A stretch of 14,211 nucleotides of DNA from the UHGV virus genome UHGV-0117243; one strand, written 5' to 3'. This DNA is from a virus. Position 1 is the stretch's first letter. The number at the start of each line of letters is the position of its first letter. Of this stretch, positions 9,032 through 14,211 are shown in pieces. A program made the position numbers and the translations under genes. The notes beneath the pieces were generated by a model. It saw only the letters and a program-made list of their open reading frames with translations, made no database searches and was not told the origin of the DNA.

Positions 9032-9055
9032 GTCGGGTTTAACACCCGGCTTTTT
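9032..9055 (+). terminator. Rho-independent terminator of the YkgJ-like gene
   Basis: 7-bp stem (gtcgggt / acccggc) with 5-nt loop followed by TTTTT on the plus strand, 9 nt after the stop codon. Not followed by a T-run on the minus strand, so unidirectional. Confidence 0.7.
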
Positions 9056-9298
9056 GAAATGGTACTCATTGCATCGCTTAATTTTCTTTAAATGAGAAAC
9101 GTCCTCTTTCTTAACTGAAGACATTAATTCTTTATCAGTTCGAACATTCATTTTTTTCCATTGCATGATCTTCGCTAATTTATAATTTGCAGTTCTTCTG
9201 CAACGATTTGTTATGTGATAGAATATCTCTCTTCGTTTGGCGGTCCATTACTTCAATATCGTGATCATTAAGGTATAGGCTTTGTAATGCCTACATGG

Positions 9299-9778
9299 TT
9301 AAATGATTTGCCAGTCTTCAGCCATCAGGTCGCCAATGGATGGAGCCCATGTAGCAAGGCGGTTCTGTGAGTTTTTCAATACAAGCGTGTCATTGAAAGT
9401 TGGCTCGCCAACATATTCGCCAAAGCCATAACCCAACGCAGACGCTAATTTTTCTCCTTTCACGAGATAAACAAACTGATCTTTCCCATTCCATCCTGCC
9501 CGCTGCAAACTTTTGCCCTGTTTTAACGCTTCCATGGCAAGGCCGAAACTTAGCCCTGATACCGGACGATAAGCCTTTTCGAATACTTCTTTTGGACTCC
9601 AGCTAACGTAGCCATCAAAGCGATCGGTGTTAGGTTTTCCGCCATCCAGATATTCAACCAGATAGCCTTCGTCCTCGCCGTTTTCTCCGGCAGGAAGCTG
9701 CCAGCCACGAAAATCGTTATATGCCTGTCTCGTCATCGGAAAGGCGTTAATCAGTTTTACGCCAATATGTTGGGTCAT
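9299..9778 (-). CDS. Hypothetical two-domain protein (160 aa) with C-terminal DUF2829-like domain
   Basis: C-terminal half ..AMEALKQGKSLQRAGWNGKDQFV..LATWAPSIGDLMAEDWQII fits the DUF2829 pattern as recalled (..GWNGK.. and ..AEDW.. motifs). N-terminal half unrecognised. Start set at Met42 of the 200-aa ORF because the upstream codons run through a terminator hairpin. RBS weak (AGGT). Confidence 0.55.
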   Translation of the reverse strand: MTQHIGVKLINAFPMTRQAYNDFRGWQLPAGENGEDEGYLVEYLDGGKPNTDRFDGYVSWSPKEVFEKAYRPVSGLSFGLAMEALKQGKSLQRAGWNGKDQFVYLVKGEKLASALGYGFGEYVGEPTFNDTLVLKNSQNRLATWAPSIGDLMAEDWQII

Positions 9779-9800
9779 AAAATTACCTATGGAGTTGGGA

Positions 9801-9825
9801 ATAAAAAAACCCCGCGAATGCGAGG
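9801..9825 (-). terminator. Rho-independent terminator between Rz and the DUF2829-like gene
   Basis: On the minus-strand transcript: cctcgc-attc-gcgggg hairpin (6 bp including one G-U pair) followed by UUUUUUUAUU. On the plus strand the same stem carries a C-A mismatch and is preceded, not followed, by the A/T run, so it is strand-specific. Confidence 0.65.
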
Positions 9826-10000
9826 CTAAATCCTGGTGTTTGTGATGACTGGCTCTTATCTCAACGCAGCCCCTTACCGCGCGCCAGATGCTCAATATCA
9901 AGCATCAGCAATGAGATGTTTAATCTGGATTCACTCCAGAAGTGATCACCACCCTGTCTACAGAGCCAGATGTGAAGGATGATGAGTAGAATTATCGCTA

Positions 10001-10438
10001 TCATCGAAGGCATTGCGTCCTGATGTATTCCTGCAGGTAGTTAACCTGCGCGGTTATCCTGTCGATTCCGCTTCGGAGACGGTAATAATTAAGTTCAGCA
10101 TCTGCTGTAAGTCTTGGGCTTTCTCCATCGCCCATGCTGCTGGCTCCGGTCGTTGACTTTGCACAGGTGGCGGCGACTTGCAGGCGCTTACGACCAGCAG
10201 AAACATCAGCACGGAGACTTTCAATAGTCGCGTTAGCATCAGCAAGCTCCTTTGTGTATCTGGCGTCGAGTTCTGCTACGTCACGTTGACGCTTCTGCAT
10301 ATCAGCGATGATGGATGTGGCTTTATCTCGCTGTTCTTTGTAGGCGATGGCGTTATCACGGTAATGATTAACAGCCCATGACAGGCAAACGATGATGCAA
10401 ATAACCAGAGCGGAGATAATCGCGGTTACTCTGCTCAT
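10001..10438 (-). CDS. Rz: Rz spanin (inner-membrane subunit, i-spanin), 145 aa
   Basis: N-terminus [31 protein letters not shown] matches lambda Rz; the C-terminal half diverges. Start overlaps the R stop. Confidence 0.8.
   Translation of the reverse strand: MSRVTAIISALVICIIVCLSWAVNHYRDNAIAYKEQRDKATSIIADMQKRQRDVAELDARYTKELADANATIESLRADVSAGRKRLQVAATCAKSTTGASSMGDGESPRLTADAELNYYRLRSGIDRITAQVNYLQEYIRTQCLR
10054..10245 (-). CDS. Rz1: Rz1 o-spanin lipoprotein embedded in the +1 frame of Rz
   Basis: ORF nested wholly inside Rz in another frame. Hydrophobic leader ending in a lipobox-like VSAC, then a Pro-rich segment ([12 protein letters not shown]), as in lambda Rz1. Exact start uncertain. Confidence 0.6.
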   Translation of the reverse strand: MLMLTRLLKVSVLMFLLVVSACKSPPPVQSQRPEPAAWAMEKAQDLQQMLNLIITVSEAESTG

Positions 10439-10911
10439 ACCTCAATCTCTCTGACCGTTCCGCCAGCCTCTTTGAATTTTGCAATCAGGCTGTCAGCCTT
10501 ATGCTCGAACTGACCATAACCAGCGCCAGGCAGTGAAGCCCAGATATTGCTGCAACGGTCGATAGCCTGACGAATATCACCGCGATCAATCATCGGTAAA
10601 GCGCCACGCTCTTTAATCTGCTGTAGTGCAACAGCGTCCTGGCTTTTCGGAGAGAAGTCTTTCAGCCCAAGCTGCTTACGGTATGCATCCCACCAACGGG
10701 AAAGAAGCTGGTAACGTCCGGCTGCTGTTGATTTGAGTTTGGGGTTTAGCGTGACAAGTTTGCGAGGGTGATCTGAGTAATCAGTGAATAGCTCTCCGCC
10801 TACAATGACGTCATAACCATGATTTCTGGTTTTCTGCCGTCCGTTATCAGTTCCCTCTGACCACGCCAGCATATCGAGGAACGCCTTACGTTGATTATTG
10901 ATTTCCACCAT
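10435..10911 (-). CDS. R: Endolysin, lambda R-type lytic transglycosylase (158 aa)
   Basis: Translation [39 protein letters not shown].. is collinear with lambda R over the full 158 aa (from memory). Overlaps the S stop as in lambda. Confidence 0.95.
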   Translation of the reverse strand: MVEINNQRKAFLDMLAWSEGTDNGRQKTRNHGYDVIVGGELFTDYSDHPRKLVTLNPKLKSTAAGRYQLLSRWWDAYRKQLGLKDFSPKSQDAVALQQIKERGALPMIDRGDIRQAIDRCSNIWASLPGAGYGQFEHKADSLIAKFKEAGGTVREIEV

Positions 10912-11218
10912 CTTCTACTCCGGCTTTTTTAGCAGCGAAGCGTTTGATAAGCGAACCAATCGAGTCAGTACCGATGTAGCCGATGAACACGCTCGTTATA
11001 TAAGCGAGATTGCTACTTAGTCCGGCGAAGTCGAGAAGGTCACGAATGAACCAGGCGATAATGGCGCACATCGTTGCGTCGATTACTGTTTTTGTAAACG
11101 CACCGCCATTATATCTGCCGCGAAGGTACGCCATTGCAAACGCAAGGATTGCCCCGATGCCTTGTTCCTTTGCCGCGAGAATGGCGGCTAACAGGTCATG
11201 TTTTTCTGGCATCTTCAT
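10895..11218 (-). CDS. S: Holin/antiholin, lambda S (S107/S105 dual-start), 107 aa
   Basis: [34 protein letters not shown].. matches lambda S, including the Met1-Lys2-Met3 dual-start motif. Confidence 0.95.
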   Translation of the reverse strand: MKMPEKHDLLAAILAAKEQGIGAILAFAMAYLRGRYNGGAFTKTVIDATMCAIIAWFIRDLLDFAGLSSNLAYITSVFIGYIGTDSIGSLIKRFAAKKAGVEDGGNQ

Positions 11219-11460
11219 GTCTTACCCCCAATAAGGGGATTTGCTCTATTTAATTAGGAATAAGGTCGATTACTGATAGAACAAATCCAGGCTACTGTGT
11301 TTAGTAATCAGATTTGTTCGTGACCGATATGCACGGGCAAAACGGCAGGAGGTTGTTAGCGCAACTTCTTGCCACCCGCTTTCACGAAGGTCATGTGTAG
11401 AAGGCCGCAGCGTAACTATCACTGATGAATTCAGGATAGCCAGTGGCTACGGCTCAGTTA

Positions 11461-11536
11461 TGGTGCTGGTTAACGGACTTGAACCGCTACCCATTCGCTT
11501 ACAAGGCGACTGCTCTACCATTGGAGCTAAACCAGC
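11461..11536 (-). tRNA. tRNA-Thr (anticodon UGU), 76 nt with encoded CCA
   Basis: Manual fold of the minus-strand sequence: perfect 7-bp acceptor stem (gctggtt/aaccagc), 4-bp D stem with GG in the loop, anticodon loop cuUGUaa, 5-nt variable loop, T arm agcgg-TTCAAGT-ccgtt, discriminator A, CCA. One mismatch at the base of the anticodon stem. Confidence 0.65.
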
Positions 11537-11541
11537 ATATT

Positions 11542-11616
11542 TGGCGGGACAGCGTGGACTCGAACCACGATAAGAAGGTTAACAGCCTTCCGTAATGACC
11601 TTTATACGACTGACCC
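11542..11616 (-). tRNA. tRNA-Asn-like (anticodon GUU), 75 nt with encoded CCA; possibly partly degenerate
   Basis: Anticodon stem-loop gaagg-CUGUUAA-ccttc and T arm cgtgg-TTCGAGT-ccacg resemble E. coli tRNA-Asn. The acceptor stem has a T-T mismatch at pair 4 and the D stem has only 3 pairs. Begins 3 nt after the tR' U-run. Confidence 0.5.
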
Positions 11617-11618
11617 AA

Positions 11619-11676
11619 ATAAAAAATCCCGAAACCGTTATGCAGGCTCTAACTATTACCTGCGAACTGTTTCGGG
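11619..11676 (-). terminator. tR' terminator (end of the lambda-type 6S late leader transcript)
   Basis: Minus strand reads cccgaaacagttcgcaggtaatagttagagcctgcataacggtttcggg + auuuuuuau, collinear with lambda tR' as recalled, about 194 nt downstream of the pR' start. Confidence 0.8.
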
Positions 11677-11812
11677 ATTGCATTTTGCAGACCTCTCAGC
11701 CTGCGATGGTTGGAGTTCCAGACGATACGTCGAAGTGACCAACTAGGCGGAATCGGTAGTAAGCGCCGCCTCTTTTTATCTCACTACCACAACGAGCGAA
11801 TTAACCCATCGT

Positions 11813-11848
11813 TGGGTCAAATTTACCCAACTTTATTCAATAAGTCAA
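11813..11848 (-). promoter_or_regulatory. Late promoter pR' with overlapping Q-utilisation (qut) site
   Basis: Minus strand TTGACT-N17-TAAATT followed by ..gacccaacgatgggttaattcgctcg.., nearly identical to lambda pR'/qut as recalled. Located about 40 bp downstream of the Q stop codon. Confidence 0.8.
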
Positions 11849-11890
11849 TATCATGCCGTTAATATGTTGCCATCCGTGGCAATCATGCTG

Positions 11891-12514
11891 CTAACGTGTG
11901 ACCGCGTTCAAAATGTTGTCTGCGATTGACTCTTCTTTGTGGCATTGCACCACCAGAGCGTCATACAGCGGCTTAACAGTGCGTGACCAGGTGGGTTGAG
12001 TAAGGTTTGGGATTAGCATCGTTACAGCGCGATATGCGGCGCTTGCTGGCATCCTTGAATAGCCGACACCTTTGCATCTTCCGCACTCTTTCTCGACAAC
12101 TCTCCCCCACAGCTCTGTTTTTGCTATATCAACCGCACGGCCTGTACCGTGGCAATCTCTGCATCTTGCACCCGGCGTCGCGGCACTACGGCAATAATCC
12201 GCATAAGCGAATGTTGCGAGAACTTGCAGTACCTTTGCCTTAGTATTTCCTTCAAGCTTTGCCACACCACGGTATTTCCCCGATACCTTGTGTGCAAATT
12301 GCATCAGATAGTTGATAGCCTTTTGTTTGTCGTTCTGGCTGAGTTCGTGCTTACCACAGAATGCAGCCATTCCGAATCCGGCTTGTGATTGCGCCATCCC
12401 CATAGCAGCCATCACATCAGTACCGGAAAGAGAGTCAGAAGCCGTAGCCCGTGGTGAGTCGCTCATCATCGGGCTTTTTGGCGAATGAAATTTAGCTACG
12501 CTTTCGAGTCTCAT
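11891..12514 (-). CDS. Q: Late gene antiterminator Q (207 aa)
   Basis: [48 protein letters not shown].. matches lambda Q in sequence and length. Start overlaps the NinI stop (ATGA). Confidence 0.95.
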   Translation of the reverse strand: MRLESVAKFHSPKSPMMSDSPRATASDSLSGTDVMAAMGMAQSQAGFGMAAFCGKHELSQNDKQKAINYLMQFAHKVSGKYRGVAKLEGNTKAKVLQVLATFAYADYCRSAATPGARCRDCHGTGRAVDIAKTELWGRVVEKECGRCKGVGYSRMPASAAYRAVTMLIPNLTQPTWSRTVKPLYDALVVQCHKEESIADNILNAVTR

Positions 12515-13176
12515 GCGCCTTCTCCCTGTACCTGAATCAATGTGAGATTTCCGCAGAACACTGCGCCGGTATCGATATACATCTGGTTGGCAAATTTGAG
12601 CGGTTTCACTGCTGGCGTATGACCAAAGATGAACGTGTCCGCGCCTTTAATTTCTTTCACGATCCCGTCTTGTGAGTTGCTGATTCGTTCGCGGTTCCAG
12701 ATTACCTGCTGATGATCAACTGGCTTTCCAAACTCGTATTCGTCACAAGGATAATCGGTGTGGCAGATGACATATTTTTTATCTTTACTCACCAGTTCGA
12801 TGATTAACGGAAGTTCATCTGCTTTATGGGCAAGAGCTTTAGCCAGAATTTCTTTGTCGTAATCGAGATTAAAGAACCAGCCACCGCCATTAAGCAGCCA
12901 GTGATTGACGTTTCCGCGCTCTGATAAGCCATCAATCATCATTTGCTCATGGTTTCCACGTACAGCTCTGAACCAGGGGAATGTGATTAATTCTAGGCAT
13001 TCAACGTTCTCTGTACCGCGATCGACCAAATCGCCAACCGAGATAAGAAGGTCTTTTTTGGTGTCGAATCCTATCGTCTCCAGTTTTTTCATCAGGTTCG
13101 TGTAGCATCCGTGCAGATCGCCAACTACCCAAATATTTCGGTATTTGCTGCCATCAATTTTTTCGTAATAGCGCAT
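12511..13176 (-). CDS. ninI: Ser/Thr protein phosphatase NinI (lambda PPase), 221 aa from MRYYEK
   Basis: Metallophosphatase motifs GDLHG, GDLVDRG and GNHE. Start set at [25 protein letters not shown] (13176) with RBS GGAGTGAAAGAG, overlapping the NinH 3' end as in lambda; the longer 246-aa ORF is rejected. Confidence 0.9.
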   Translation of the reverse strand: MRYYEKIDGSKYRNIWVVGDLHGCYTNLMKKLETIGFDTKKDLLISVGDLVDRGTENVECLELITFPWFRAVRGNHEQMMIDGLSERGNVNHWLLNGGGWFFNLDYDKEILAKALAHKADELPLIIELVSKDKKYVICHTDYPCDEYEFGKPVDHQQVIWNRERISNSQDGIVKEIKGADTFIFGHTPAVKPLKFANQMYIDTGAVFCGNLTLIQVQGEGA

Positions 13177-13360
13177 CTCTTTCACTCCATCCGCGATGAA
13201 CCATGAGAACGTCGTTGACGATGGCGTGCATTTTCCAGTCTTTATCATCAACGTATTTTCTTACCGTGCCGCGACTACATTTCAGTCTGCGTGCCACTTC
13301 TGTCTGGTTTCCGTATGCTTCAACGAGCATGTCTGGAATGGTTTTTACTGAGAACGTCAT
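13154..13360 (-). CDS. ninH: NinH (68 aa)
   Basis: [42 protein letters not shown].. matches lambda NinH. Overlaps the NinG stop (ATGA). Confidence 0.9.
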   Translation of the reverse strand: MTFSVKTIPDMLVEAYGNQTEVARRLKCSRGTVRKYVDDKDWKMHAIVNDVLMVHRGWSERDALLRKN

Positions 13361-13971
13361 GCGGCCTCACTTCTGCTATTTCGCAGGTCTTTGAGTTTCT
13401 GTTGGTACTCTGCCTTGATCGCCTTGCACTCTTCGACAGTCCAGCGATGGCGGCTATGGTTTGATTCGATTTCGTCTACTGCTTCCTGCCCGATGCGGTT
13501 AATCAGTTCGACGCGATACGGAACGAGATTTCCGCTTTTGTGCTGGTTGCACACCACGCATTGCTTGTGAATATTGCGTTCATCAAATCGGAGTTGAGGT
13601 GCCGCAGCAGTTGTCCGGTAATGTCCGGCATCCCACTGAGCAGACGTGAGCGTTCCGCACGAGATACATGGTAAGTCGCGGTCTCTTTCTCTGATGAAGG
13701 CGTTTACGGCTTGTTGGGCTTGTTTAATCCAGTAACTGCGGGGCTTTAAGGCGAGTTTTCGAATCTTAAGTTTATCTTTCTGTTTCTGCTCCTCTCGTCG
13801 TCGTTTCTTCTCTGCTGCTTTTTCCGCTTTTTCGCGTTCTTTGCTTCGTCGTTCGAGTGCTATCTTGGTTCCACACTCTGGAGAGCACCACCACTGATTA
13901 GCGAATGCAGGGTGAAACCATTCCCGGCATTCATCGTTTTTACATCGTCTTCGCGCTGGTTTAGCCATCAT
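13357..13971 (-). CDS. ninG: NinG / Rap recombination-associated endonuclease (204 aa)
   Basis: [42 protein letters not shown].. matches lambda NinG (Rap) with its Cys-rich motifs. Confidence 0.95.
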   Translation of the reverse strand: MMAKPARRRCKNDECREWFHPAFANQWWCSPECGTKIALERRSKEREKAEKAAEKKRRREEQKQKDKLKIRKLALKPRSYWIKQAQQAVNAFIRERDRDLPCISCGTLTSAQWDAGHYRTTAAAPQLRFDERNIHKQCVVCNQHKSGNLVPYRVELINRIGQEAVDEIESNHSRHRWTVEECKAIKAEYQQKLKDLRNSRSEAA

Positions 13972-14137
13972 CTTCTTCCTCGTGCATCGAGCTATTCGGA
14001 TCGCTCATCAGTTCTGCGCAGCAATCGGAGCACACGTGAACTTCCAGCACATGCAGCTTCTGACCGCAGTTAGCGCACGTTAAAGCCCGCTCGACGCTTT
14101 CTTTCTGGTATTGAAGGGATTGGGATGGGCTAAGCAT
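13961..14137 (-). CDS. ninF: NinF (58 aa); absent from the supplied ORF track because it is under 60 aa
   Basis: Manual translation of the minus strand gives [58 protein letters not shown], matching lambda NinF as recalled. Its stop overlaps the NinG start. Confidence 0.8.
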   Translation of the reverse strand: MLSPSQSLQYQKESVERALTCANCGQKLHVLEVHVCSDCCAELMSDPNSSMHEEEDDG

Positions 14138-14211
14138 TATTGGCGTCCTGCATCATGAGAAAGACAATCATGGCGGCGCGGAGAGGTCTGGTATCAAATA
14201 TTGGGCTTACG
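14130..14211 (-). CDS. Partial ORF (C-terminal end only; 5' end beyond the window), nin-region gene of unknown identity
   Basis: Open frame running in from the window edge, ending ..[26 protein letters not shown]-stop, with the stop overlapping the NinF start by 8 nt (translational coupling typical of the nin cluster). Identity not recognised. Confidence 0.3.
   Translation of the reverse strand, partial: VSPIFDTRPLRAAMIVFLMMQDANNA

Noticed and set aside
8975-9166. 63-aa Lys-rich minus-strand ORF in the AT-rich spacer
   Set aside because: Its 3' third overlaps the YkgJ-like gene and runs through that gene's terminator hairpin; high Lys content is expected from reading AT-rich DNA. Not excluded as a small basic protein (an internal start with GGAAAAAA RBS exists), but unsupported.
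9779-9901. N-terminal extension of the DUF2829-like ORF (200-aa version)
   Set aside because: The extra 41 codons are read through the terminator hairpin and T-run; Met42 is the first start downstream of the terminator.
13177-13251. N-terminal extension of NinI (246-aa version)
   Set aside because: Would overlap NinH by about 100 nt. The lambda-type start MRYYEK has a good RBS and gives the expected 221-aa phosphatase.
1-14211. CRISPR arrays, rRNA genes, integrase or attachment site
   Set aside because: No direct-repeat/spacer periodicity, no rRNA-like sequence and no integrase-like ORF were seen in this window; the integration module, if present, lies outside it.

Overview
This window is the late region of a mosaic lambdoid prophage, with nearly every gene on the minus strand (transcription runs from high to low coordinates). 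From the right edge: a lambda-type nin cluster (partial ORF, NinF, NinG, NinH, NinI phosphatase), antiterminator Q, the pR' late promoter and tR' terminator, then two tRNA genes (Asn-GUU-like, Thr-UGU) where lambda has non-coding DNA, then a lambda-type lysis cassette (S, R, Rz/Rz1). Next comes a ~1.5 kb accessory island holding a two-domain DUF2829-like gene and a divergently oriented, plus-strand YkgJ-family CxxCxxCC cysteine-cluster gene with its own terminator. Below that is a P22/Sf6-type head module: small and large terminase, portal, scaffold, coat, a small ORF, gp4-like and gp10-like proteins. The module ends abruptly where the tail-needle gene is cut after about 17 codons by the terminal inverted repeat of an IS1 element (positions 1-55), so the prophage is probably defective. 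The accessory island and the tRNA pair are the best candidates for uncharacterised biology. All homology calls come from reading the translations and recall of lambda/P22-family proteins; nothing was searched against a database.
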